A stretch of 32,000 nt of DNA, taken from assembly GCA_016933055.1 (NCBI GenBank), contig JAFGBS010000009.1, positions 690,001 through 722,000 of the forward strand. Direction: 5' to 3'. Position 1 is the stretch's first letter; each line of letters starts with the position of its first letter. The translations under genes were made by a program, and so were the position numbers. The notes beneath the pieces were generated by a model, which saw only the letters and a list, made by a program, of their open reading frames with translations, was not told the origin of the DNA and did not search any database. The stretch comes from Promethearchaeota archaeon (GTDB taxonomy: Archaea; Asgardarchaeota; Lokiarchaeia; Sigyniarchaeales; Promethearchaeaceae). Of this stretch, positions 1 to 8,815 are shown piece by piece.

Positions 1-2
1 TT

Positions 3-479
3 CAAAAAGCAACAAAAATCTTGAATCCATTTTCAAAAGGCACAACAGAAGACCAGAAAAATCGTTCTAAAGAAATCCTTGAAATAATTAATAATGTAGA
101 AAAACGTGCAGAACGAGTGACTAACTTAATGCGGGAATCGGGGTCTTTACGGCTAGTAACAATTCCAGAAAAACCAAGTTATGAAGAATTAAAACGAGCA
201 AGAGACCTCACAACATCGTATATTAATCTAGATGCAGTTCATATTAATCGAATTATCCATGAGAAATATCACCGATGTGAAATGTGCAGAAAAGTTCGTA
301 AGATCCAAAATAAATATATTCAAGCTATTGAGTCAGATTTTTCTAATATAATGATCTGGAAATCCCATATGCTTCTTGAAGAACCCATCGGATTAAATGG
401 ATTAAAAAAGCTAGGAAATGAAATTTTTGGTTCTATAATTGACGCACAATCAATTCTAAAACCAGAACCAACTCAGTGA
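3..479 (+). CDS. arsA: ArsA/GET3 (TRC40) family ATPase, C-terminal part, truncated by the window edge
   Basis: The frame is open from position 3. Motifs LRLVTIPEKPSYEE...VHINRII, CEMC (CxxC), R-K-Q-KYI and MLLEEPIGLNGLKK match the ArsA/Get3 C-terminus. The N-terminal P-loop lies outside the window. Confidence 0.85.
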   Translation, partial: QKATKILNPFSKGTTEDQKNRSKEILEIINNVEKRAERVTNLMRESGSLRLVTIPEKPSYEELKRARDLTTSYINLDAVHINRIIHEKYHRCEMCRKVRKIQNKYIQAIESDFSNIMIWKSHMLLEEPIGLNGLKKLGNEIFGSIIDAQSILKPEPTQ

Positions 480-632
480 TTTGTATCAATTCATGAGTTT
501 CCAATGCATTATTTTTCAACGGTTAAATAGCTGTTTAATTTAGTAATTCCTAAACAATCTCAAAAAACACCTATGATCTGAATGCACAAGTTTCATATTA
601 ATTCTCATATGTAGATAAGTAAAGTCGATAAA

Positions 633-974
633 ATGATAAAAATGACTCTATCTAAAGTTTTGGAATATCCCGAAGGAATTGATCAAGTAGCGTTTAATGC
701 GAGTGTATCTGATGGGAAAGTTCTAATCGATGTGTATACGGACTGGTGTGGGCCTTGTAAACGAGTAAAACCGATTTTTAAGGAATTATCCCAAGAATTC
801 CCTGATGTCAAATTTCTCTCTCTCGATCTAGATAACGCAAGATGGATTGGAGAGAGATTTGAAATCCATGCAATTCCTACCTTCCTGTTTTTCAAAGACG
901 GCCAAATGATCTATAAGCACCTCGGTGCGATGGGTAAAGATGGATTTATTCGATTGATCGAGGCTAAATTTTGA
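633..974 (+). CDS. trxA: Thioredoxin
   Basis: 113 aa with WCGPC active site and cis-Pro loop IPTFLFFKDG. Confidence 0.95.
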   Translation: MIKMTLSKVLEYPEGIDQVAFNASVSDGKVLIDVYTDWCGPCKRVKPIFKELSQEFPDVKFLSLDLDNARWIGERFEIHAIPTFLFFKDGQMIYKHLGAMGKDGFIRLIEAKF

Positions 975-975
975 A

Positions 976-2349
976 ATGTCAGAATTACATCAGGTACAAG
1001 AGTTTACCAAAGAAATTTCAGAAAAAGAGTTTAAATCCATATTAATAGATAATGATTTAGTTGTTGTTGACTGCTATGCCGATTGGTGCTCTCCTTGCTT
1101 GCAATTTAGACCGATATTTGAGAAACTTTCTAATGAATACACGAATATTAAGTTTATTTCAATAGACACTGATGGAACACAATGGATTGGGGAGAAATAT
1201 GACATAGATTCCATTCCCCGGTTCCTCTTTTTCAAAAATGCCCATTTAGTTTATGAGCATAAGGGTGCCTCACCGCTAGAGGTTTTTGAATATTTTATAA
1301 AAACTAAACTCCTAGGATTGCAGCTTTTAGATGAAATTAAAGAGGGTATTACCGAATCCGAATTTGAGGAACTCATAAAGGAATACGGGAAGCTAATAGT
1401 GGAGTTTCATCCCAGTGAGGACGATGAATCTGAACAACTGAAACCATTTTACATACCATTAATGGAAAATTATCCCGAAATAAAATTTCTTATAATAGAG
1501 TTAGATAGCAAGAAAACTCAATGGGCTCGAAAACGGTTCAATATAAAGGATCACTTTCCGTATTTCATAATATTTAACAATGGAGAAAATGTGTTATCTC
1601 ACCACATTCATCATCCAGAAGCGATAAAATACGCAATCGAGGAAAAATTATTAGGTAGAACACCCTTCACCCATGATTCACTTATGCCGGAGGAAAAATT
1701 TGACACCATAATCAATGCATATGAAAATGCTATTGTATTTATTATGAAAGAAGGCAGCAATACGAGTTCCACATTGCGGAATTATTTGTTCCACGTTGCT
1801 GAAAAATTTCCTGACCTCCCTATGGTTGCTTTAAAACTCGAAGAAAATCCCTGGTTAGTGGATAAATTCGGATTAGAAAAAGCTGAATTCACTCGATATG
1901 GAGAGGAAGGGAAAAAAATTCCATATTTCATATTTTATAAAAATAGTGAGATTGTTCATGAAACAGGACCAGTTGTTCCCACGCAATTTGAAGATACAAT
2001 TCAAGGAAAATTGTTAAAACTGTTTGCTGTCGATGAGTATGATCATGGATTAGAAGAAGGCAAATTTAATACAATTCTTGAAAATCCATTAGTAATAATG
2101 GATATATTCACAGTCTGGTGCCAACCTTGCATTGAAGTTAGGCCGATCTTCCGAAACCTTTCCAGAAAGTATTCAGAAATAAAGTTTCTATCCGTTGATT
2201 TGGATCATGCACGTTGGATAGGTGAAAAATTCGATATTGACTCCATTCCCTCTTTTCTATTCTTCAAGGATGGAGAAATGGTTCATAAACATGTAGGATT
2301 CTTAGAAGAGGACATGTTTGAGAAAAAAATCCAAGATAATTTAAAATAA
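976..2349 (+). CDS. Four-domain thioredoxin-fold protein (active WCSPC, two Cys-less domains, active WCQPC)
   Basis: Four ~110-aa repeats, each with the Trx strand/helix pattern and a cis-Pro motif (IPRF, FPYF, IPYF, IPSF). CxxC occurs only in domains 1 and 4. Starts 1 nt after the trxA stop. Confidence 0.9.
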   Translation: MSELHQVQEFTKEISEKEFKSILIDNDLVVVDCYADWCSPCLQFRPIFEKLSNEYTNIKFISIDTDGTQWIGEKYDIDSIPRFLFFKNAHLVYEHKGASPLEVFEYFIKTKLLGLQLLDEIKEGITESEFEELIKEYGKLIVEFHPSEDDESEQLKPFYIPLMENYPEIKFLIIELDSKKTQWARKRFNIKDHFPYFIIFNNGENVLSHHIHHPEAIKYAIEEKLLGRTPFTHDSLMPEEKFDTIINAYENAIVFIMKEGSNTSSTLRNYLFHVAEKFPDLPMVALKLEENPWLVDKFGLEKAEFTRYGEEGKKIPYFIFYKNSEIVHETGPVVPTQFEDTIQGKLLKLFAVDEYDHGLEEGKFNTILENPLVIMDIFTVWCQPCIEVRPIFRNLSRKYSEIKFLSVDLDHARWIGEKFDIDSIPSFLFFKDGEMVHKHVGFLEEDMFEKKIQDNLK

Positions 2350-2366
2350 CTACCATTCTTTTTTCT

Positions 2367-2882
2367 ATGAGTAGTGATTTACTACTTTCAGTGGTTGAGG
2401 AACTAAAAGGAATTCAATCAAAAAATTTCATTAATAATATTTACGATCCCAATTTTTGGTTGGATTTTGTACCATTTCGCAGGAAACTCGCAGAAAAAAT
2501 TTCTGATAGATTATTCTGCTACGAACTTGAAGATACGTTCATTTTAGATCCCACAGGCACATTAAAGTATGATCTCTACTCGAAAGGCGAAATAGAAGTT
2601 CTTGAAGATACGAATACCGAAAAAGGTCGATTTTGGAAGCTGAAAATTATTTCCAAAGAGCCAAAAACTACTGCATTTGTAAATGTCCGATTAAAAGATA
2701 TACAGAATGGAATAAAAGTAGGGTTTTTTCTTTATGAATTGCATTTAGATTTAGGATTGCTAGATTCTTTGGGATTTGGGCGCGAAGCGGTATTATTTGC
2801 TACCCGAGCCACTTTACGTCATAGTATATCGATTTTTCATCATAAACTAAGGAATAAAATCTTATTCAATGGATCAGAATGA
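2367..2882 (+). CDS. Hypothetical protein, 171 aa, probably co-transcribed with the thioredoxin genes
   Basis: Clean ORF 17 nt after the previous stop, with protein-like composition. No family recognised. Confidence 0.65.
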   Translation: MSSDLLLSVVEELKGIQSKNFINNIYDPNFWLDFVPFRRKLAEKISDRLFCYELEDTFILDPTGTLKYDLYSKGEIEVLEDTNTEKGRFWKLKIISKEPKTTAFVNVRLKDIQNGIKVGFFLYELHLDLGLLDSLGFGREAVLFATRATLRHSISIFHHKLRNKILFNGSE

Positions 2883-2994
2883 AAACATTAACAACATCAA
2901 CCTCTCATAAAAATATTCTTTTGAATTATTAATACACAATGATTCGCTATAACATCCGTTCGTTTTTTTCTCGCATTAGGAAGAAATTCCAGAT

Positions 2995-3192
2995 ATGGAT
3001 TCCAGTGTAAGTAAGGATCGTAACACAGTAGATGAAATGATTCGACGGGTTGAAAAAACTAGGGATAAAAAACGTAAATTGAATGATGGATGGATTAGGA
3101 TGGATGGAGCATCACCCAGAGGAAGTATGGGTTATTTTGATATGGATGTACAAAATAATGAAGAAAAAGAGTATCAAGGAAATGAAGATTAG
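2995..3192 (+). CDS. Small charged hypothetical protein, 65 aa
   Basis: ATG-started purine-rich ORF filling an otherwise empty gap. No homology recognised. Confidence 0.45.
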   Translation: MDSSVSKDRNTVDEMIRRVEKTRDKKRKLNDGWIRMDGASPRGSMGYFDMDVQNNEEKEYQGNED

Positions 3193-3222
3193 TTTTAATT
3201 TTCTTCTATAAAATTCAACTTT

Positions 3223-4500
3223 TTAAGTCCCTTCTTCAAAACCCATTACGTAACGTCTTTGTTCTTCTGTCCATTCGTCAATTTCGATTCCCATGGTTTG
3301 TAATTTGAGAAATCCGACTTGATTATCAATATCTTCGGGAACCTTGATTATTCCCGGATTGAAGATTTCTCTATTCTCAATGATGTATTTGGAAATAAGC
3401 GATTGTAAAGCGAAACTCTGATCCATCACCTCTGCGGGATGACCTTCAGAAAGTACTAAATTCGCAAGGCGACCTTGTCCTAGCAAATAAATCTTATTTT
3501 CATTGGGTAAAGTGAGTTCCTCAACATCTTTTCGAATATTTTTTCGCGTTGTAGCATATGCGTATAGGTCTTTTGTGGCAATTTCAATATCAAAATGACC
3601 TAGATTTCCGAGAATACATCCATCTTTGAGTTTATCAAAATGCTTCCTGGCAACTACATCACTACATCCAGTTGCAGTAAACACCACATCAGCTTGGCTA
3701 ATTGCATCATCCATTTTCATCACTTGGTACCCTGCATAGGTAGCTTTAAGAGCAGCAATGGGATCAATTTCAGTTACAATTACTTTTGCTCCTAATCCAC
3801 GCGCACGCAATGCCATTCCACTAGAGCAGTGTCCGTAGCCTGCAATTACTACAGTCTTACCCGCAAATAATATATGCATTCCATAAATCGCAGAAACTAT
3901 TCCTTGACCAGTACCTAGTTCATTATCAAACTCGTTTTTACATCGAGCATCATTAACTGGGAATAAAGGTATTTTCAAATTACCACTAGCTTCCATAGAC
4001 TCAAAACGCTTGACTCCCGTGGTAGTTTCTTCTTGGCAGGCAATTATTCCATTTTTAATTAGATCTGGATATTCTTTATGGGCAGTCACTATCAGATCTC
4101 CTCCATCATCAATTAAGATGTGAGGTTTCGCATCTAGTACTTGTCGAACACACCAATAATATTCCTCATTTGTGTTTCCATGCCATGCATATACATGCAC
4201 ACCATCTTCTACCATCGCAGCGGCTGCATCATCTTGGGTGGAAAGTGGGTTGGACCCACACATATAAACCTCAGCACCTCCAGCCATTAAAGTTCGAGCT
4301 AAATTCCCTGTTTCTTTGGTCACGTGCAAACATGCTCCAATTCTAATACCTTTTAGTGGTTTATTCTTGGAGAAATCTTCCCGGATAATACCTGCTGTCA
4401 CAGGCATTTTCCTTCCGGCCAAGTATAATCCTTCCCTACCTTTTTCTGCTAATTTTATATCTGCAACTTTATATCCTTCAGTCATATACATTAGATTCAT
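3223..4500 (-). CDS. ahcY: Adenosylhomocysteinase (SAH hydrolase)
   Basis: Motifs HVTKET, SNPLSTQD, DDGGDL, EETTTG, KxxFDN, GHFD and GRLANL...EGHP. The true start may be the ATG at 4491 or 4485. Confidence 0.97.
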   Translation of the reverse strand: MNLMYMTEGYKVADIKLAEKGREGLYLAGRKMPVTAGIIREDFSKNKPLKGIRIGACLHVTKETGNLARTLMAGGAEVYMCGSNPLSTQDDAAAAMVEDGVHVYAWHGNTNEEYYWCVRQVLDAKPHILIDDGGDLIVTAHKEYPDLIKNGIIACQEETTTGVKRFESMEASGNLKIPLFPVNDARCKNEFDNELGTGQGIVSAIYGMHILFAGKTVVIAGYGHCSSGMALRARGLGAKVIVTEIDPIAALKATYAGYQVMKMDDAISQADVVFTATGCSDVVARKHFDKLKDGCILGNLGHFDIEIATKDLYAYATTRKNIRKDVEELTLPNENKIYLLGQGRLANLVLSEGHPAEVMDQSFALQSLISKYIIENREIFNPGIIKVPEDIDNQVGFLKLQTMGIEIDEWTEEQRRYVMGFEEGT

Positions 4501-4610
4501 ATAATTTCATTTAAGGTTAATTATTGTTTGTAAAAATAGTTACATTTCTATACTAAATTAATAATATGACTATTAAGTGTTAAATTATATGGGGATTATA
4601 GTTAACACAT

Positions 4611-5393
4611 ATGAAAATCTCTGTTAATCAACGTCGACTTCTCAATATTCTGTACACAAATTCCCGCATCACTAATATTGAATTGGGTGAAATTTTACAA
4701 AAAAGTCGCCAAACTGTTTGGCAGTACTTGAAAAAACTCAATTTAAATGGTGCTGGATTCGAGAAAATACAAATACATAATCCCAATCGAGAAGACAATC
4801 GCATTTTTTTTGTAGAAATAAAGACAAATCCCGAAGAACCTGAAATAATTACAAAATTGAGCTCTATATTTGCTACAAAATCTATTGATGGCATCATTGG
4901 AACTACATCTTTGATGGTTAAGTTCCAAGTTCGGACAAGTGAAGAATTTCGAGCGGTTTTACGTAAAATCGATTCGATTATCGCGAAATCTCGATTTCAG
5001 TTCTATCACGTCATAGATATCCTAAATGTGTTCAAGGAGGCTGGACATGTATTTTCAGAAAATCTAGAAGAGACATTTCATACAATACGATTATCTAATA
5101 AACTCATTTCTCAAACTGACTTTCCTTATAAATGGTATATTCAATTAATTCCAAAAATATTGACCGAATATAATGAGATCGCAGAAAACTTCCTCGCTCC
5201 TAAAGATCAAATTATCGATCTATATCGAACTGGTCAAGAATTTGGACTCCTTGCAGTAGTACGAACACAATCAAAAGAAAAATACAGCGCAATGATCCAA
5301 GATTTATATTCAACTGGTAAATTTCAAGATTCCCATACAATTTTTGTTCTGGACGAACGCCTTCCTTCCACATTTAAGCCTTTCAGAATATAG
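4611..5393 (+). CDS. Lrp/AsnC-family transcriptional regulator: one HTH and two tandem ligand-binding domains
   Basis: N-terminal HTH (NSRITNIELGEILQKSRQTVWQYLKKL) followed by two beta-alpha-beta AsnC-like units. Confidence 0.75.
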   Translation: MKISVNQRRLLNILYTNSRITNIELGEILQKSRQTVWQYLKKLNLNGAGFEKIQIHNPNREDNRIFFVEIKTNPEEPEIITKLSSIFATKSIDGIIGTTSLMVKFQVRTSEEFRAVLRKIDSIIAKSRFQFYHVIDILNVFKEAGHVFSENLEETFHTIRLSNKLISQTDFPYKWYIQLIPKILTEYNEIAENFLAPKDQIIDLYRTGQEFGLLAVVRTQSKEKYSAMIQDLYSTGKFQDSHTIFVLDERLPSTFKPFRI

Positions 5394-5429
5394 AAAAAAG
5401 TTTATTTTTGCCTCTACGCTTAACTCTTT

Positions 5430-7550
5430 ATGTTTAGGATGGATATACTTTCAGAAGATGGATTTGCTCGACTCTGTAAACTTCATATCAAACAAGAAAA
5501 CCTGAAAATCAATACTCCTGCCTACATTCTACCAATCTCTGATTTTCTTTCGAAATTTCCGTCCTATCTTAATCTTGCAAACAAAAACAATGTGATATAT
5601 TCAATTTCTCACTATGCACAACATCTGCCAACGAACTTGGATCATCACCTGACATTATGTAACGAGAATACCACATATTATAATGGTGTTACAGAGGAAC
5701 CGGAAGCTTATATTCCAAACATTTCTTCTTCACCTTCTCGTGTTTGCTTTTTTTTCTCAAAACAGTGTCCTTCAATATTTTTTTCTGATGAATTTGCTAT
5801 TGAATGGTATAAGACCTTTTTTGAAGAAATATTTTCAGAGATTCAACAAAATCCAGAAAAATTTCGACAATTAGGAGGATTTGGGCTCATAGTAAATTTA
5901 CAGCATATTATAAATTATGAATTATTAGAACCAGTTCTTCGAGAATATTTAGATCACCCTATTATTAAGGAACATCTATTAGCTATCGAGTTTCAAGGAT
6001 TATTCGATAATAAATTAGATTACTCCTCATCAATAAACTTCTTTTTTCATCTGAAATCACTTCTTCCCGCTGATGTATTGTATATCGCTTCTGGGAACAT
6101 TAAACCGTATGAATATGGATTTATTATTAGTCTGGGATTTGATGCAATAGATTTAACCTATTTGATATATTCAGGATTTTCGGGATTATATTTTCATCAT
6201 GAGGAGGAAATGGAATGGGTACGAAAATTGAATTCAGAAGATGATTTTGCATGCGTATGCGAGTTTTGTAAAATTTTGCAAGACAATATCTCTTCCTCGG
6301 AATCTAATATTATCTCCTCCGAATATTATGCATTAATTGCGTTACATAATGTTAGTATGGGTCTTGTGGAATTAGATCGTATTCGAAATAATATTAAAAA
6401 TGGTAGTATCAGCACATATGTAGAAAAAAAATCAAACTATTCCCTATTTCTCCTTAGCGCACTCCGATATTTACGAAAAACCTACAAAAACCAGTTAACT
6501 CGTGTGCAATCTTTGAACAAAAGCACGAATTTACCTTGCACTAGTTCTTTATCATATTCAAATCCAAATGTTGAGAAATTCCGAAGATCAGTTATGGCAA
6601 ACGTGGAACCTAATTCTGAGACACGAATATGCATTTTTTTACCTTGTAGTATGGTAAAGCCCTATTCGAAGTCTAAATCTCACAGAAAGTTCCATAAAAT
6701 AATCCGTAGCGCATCTCGAAAATGGAATAAATATATCTCGGAAGTAATTATCACATCTCCTCTTAGTCTTGTTCCCCGAGAATTAGAAGAAGTATTTCCT
6801 GCAGCTCATTATGATATTTCCGTAACAGGGGATTGGGATGCTGAAGAACTTACTATTACCGCAGATGGTATTGTAAGTTGGATCGAAAAACTCCCAATAG
6901 ATGTGAAATTAATTGGTTTTCTTCATGGTGGTTACAAACAAGCATTTGAACTTGCTCTGTTAAAACTCAAAGATGAAAAACAACTCTATTATGACTATTC
7001 AATCGTACAGGATAATGATTCTTTCAAGAAGCTAATCGAAGAATCTATTCAATCCTTAGAATTGAATCATAAAAAGAATAAGGTCGATAGTTCTCTTTCT
7101 CGAGAAGAACTTACAATTAAAATGCTAGCAGACTTCCAATTAGGGGTTGGAGCTGGAAAAATATTGATAGGAACTACTGCTCGGTTCCTTCAATCTCGTA
7201 ACGAATTGTATAAAACCATCGTAGGATTTGAGAGTTATGGAAAGCTTCAACTGGCGAGATATGATCGATCGTCCGGACACATAAGATTAAATTATCACGG
7301 AGGGGAGAAACTTAAAAATCATTCTAATATTTCTGTCGTTTTAAACACTTCAGATATAACAGGCACAACCATATTCAAACCTGCTATCGCAAAAGTGGGA
7401 GAAAACTTATGTTCTGGTGATGAGATTGTCATATTGGGACCACAGAATGAATATCTAGGCATAGGATCTTTAATTGTGAACAGTAACACTGTTGCCCGAA
7501 TGAGAAGAGGAGCGGTCGTAAAAATCCGTAAAATGAAAAAAGAGGTTTGA
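5430..7550 (+). CDS. arcS: Archaeosine synthase ArcS (TgtA2): TGT-like domain, catalytic domain, PUA domain
   Basis: TGT-type Zn site CVCEFC...HN; PCSMVKPYSKSKSH; TSPLSLVPRELE..FPAAHYDISVTGDW; C-terminal PUA domain (GDEIVI...GIG...RGAVVKIR). Confidence 0.92.
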   Translation: MFRMDILSEDGFARLCKLHIKQENLKINTPAYILPISDFLSKFPSYLNLANKNNVIYSISHYAQHLPTNLDHHLTLCNENTTYYNGVTEEPEAYIPNISSSPSRVCFFFSKQCPSIFFSDEFAIEWYKTFFEEIFSEIQQNPEKFRQLGGFGLIVNLQHIINYELLEPVLREYLDHPIIKEHLLAIEFQGLFDNKLDYSSSINFFFHLKSLLPADVLYIASGNIKPYEYGFIISLGFDAIDLTYLIYSGFSGLYFHHEEEMEWVRKLNSEDDFACVCEFCKILQDNISSSESNIISSEYYALIALHNVSMGLVELDRIRNNIKNGSISTYVEKKSNYSLFLLSALRYLRKTYKNQLTRVQSLNKSTNLPCTSSLSYSNPNVEKFRRSVMANVEPNSETRICIFLPCSMVKPYSKSKSHRKFHKIIRSASRKWNKYISEVIITSPLSLVPRELEEVFPAAHYDISVTGDWDAEELTITADGIVSWIEKLPIDVKLIGFLHGGYKQAFELALLKLKDEKQLYYDYSIVQDNDSFKKLIEESIQSLELNHKKNKVDSSLSREELTIKMLADFQLGVGAGKILIGTTARFLQSRNELYKTIVGFESYGKLQLARYDRSSGHIRLNYHGGEKLKNHSNISVVLNTSDITGTTIFKPAIAKVGENLCSGDEIVILGPQNEYLGIGSLIVNSNTVARMRRGAVVKIRKMKKEV

Positions 7551-8668
7551 ATCTAATGACTAATAAGAAAATTGCTGACTTAATTCAAGAACAAACTCAA
7601 CACTTACGGAGTATAGCAACAGAAAAAATCCAATCCTTTAAGGATCGTGACCTATCTCGACCGGTAACTTCGTGGATTAAGGAAGACCGTCTTCAAAATG
7701 AGATGGGTTACGAATTCACGATTATTTTTAGGACGTGTGCTTGTAGTTGGGTGCGTTCTGATAGTGCTGGCTGTACAATGTGTGGGTATTATAATGATAA
7801 AGGACCAGATTCAATTCCTCAAAAATTAATTCTAACCCAAATGCAATATGCAGTAAATAAACATTTATCTAAACTAGAAGAAATTCAGAAAAATGGGGGA
7901 AAAACTACTTTGAAGATTTTTTCTTCTGGAAGTTTTTTGGATGATGAAGAATTTTCCCCAATTACTCGCTTAGATGTCATCAATAAAGCTATTAAATTGC
8001 CCTCTATCGATCATGTCTTAGCAGAATCCCGTCCTGAATTTGTAAAACATGAAACATTGGATCCGATAATTGAAATCACAGGAAAAGGCTCTTTCGAATT
8101 AGGAATAGGAATGGAGAGTTCCAATGATTATGTTAGAAAAACACTAATCAACAAAGGTTTTACGTCCATGGATCTTCAACATTCAATGAAGATCGCCCAA
8201 AATTCCCATGTATTAGTCAAAACTTATCTCCTTCTTAAACCACCTTTCCTAACGGAGAAGTTAGCGATTCGTGATGCAGTTACAAGTATTAAAAAAGCAA
8301 TATCTTGGGGAGCGAACTCTATTTCCTTAAACCCAGTGAATATTCAAGCCTACACTTTAACCGAATACTTATTTAACAACAGAAAATACCGCCCTCCATG
8401 GATTTATTCTGTAATATCGGTATTTCAACAAGCTTTAAGCCCATCAATTATGGATAAGGTATTGATTTTATGTTCCCCAAGTGCATCGGGATCATTTCGT
8501 GGGGTTCATAATTGTCATGATAAATCATGTAACACACGATGGTTAAATATATTAAATGAGTTCATCAAGACCCAAGATAAGAAAATTATCGATCCCGATC
8601 ATTTAACATACAATGATTGTTCATGCTGGGGCGAATATAATGTTTTTTTGGAGTATTCCTCTATCTGA
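7547..8668 (+). CDS. raSEA: Archaeosine biosynthesis radical SAM protein RaSEA
   Basis: IIFRTCACSW...GCTMCGY cluster motif, KIFSSGSFLD, ESRPEF, KTYLLLKPPFL and YRPPW. Overlaps the arcS stop by 4 nt if the TTG start is used; an ATG at 7556 is an alternative. Confidence 0.92.
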   Translation: MNLMTNKKIADLIQEQTQHLRSIATEKIQSFKDRDLSRPVTSWIKEDRLQNEMGYEFTIIFRTCACSWVRSDSAGCTMCGYYNDKGPDSIPQKLILTQMQYAVNKHLSKLEEIQKNGGKTTLKIFSSGSFLDDEEFSPITRLDVINKAIKLPSIDHVLAESRPEFVKHETLDPIIEITGKGSFELGIGMESSNDYVRKTLINKGFTSMDLQHSMKIAQNSHVLVKTYLLLKPPFLTEKLAIRDAVTSIKKAISWGANSISLNPVNIQAYTLTEYLFNNRKYRPPWIYSVISVFQQALSPSIMDKVLILCSPSASGSFRGVHNCHDKSCNTRWLNILNEFIKTQDKKIIDPDHLTYNDCSCWGEYNVFLEYSSI

Positions 8669-8815
8669 TAAATCTTGTATTATACTTGAAATTCATTTGC
8701 ACGTAAACAGATAAACATAAACGATTACATCACGATAACGATTATATAAACAATAAGAAGAAAATCTGGGAACTATAAATCTTAATATTTAAAGATATTT
8801 TATTGAGGGTAAATT

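Noticed and set aside
477-560. Selenocysteine readthrough of TGA stops (e.g. arsA), since Lokiarchaeia use Sec
   Set aside because: The families appear complete at their TGA codons, the downstream frames close quickly, and no SECIS was recognised.
3880-3945. ahcY motif variant KNEFDNELGTGQG (canonical K..FDN.YG) as a sign of changed specificity
   Set aside because: The catalytic Lys/Asp and the other core motifs are intact; a single substitution cannot support a functional claim.
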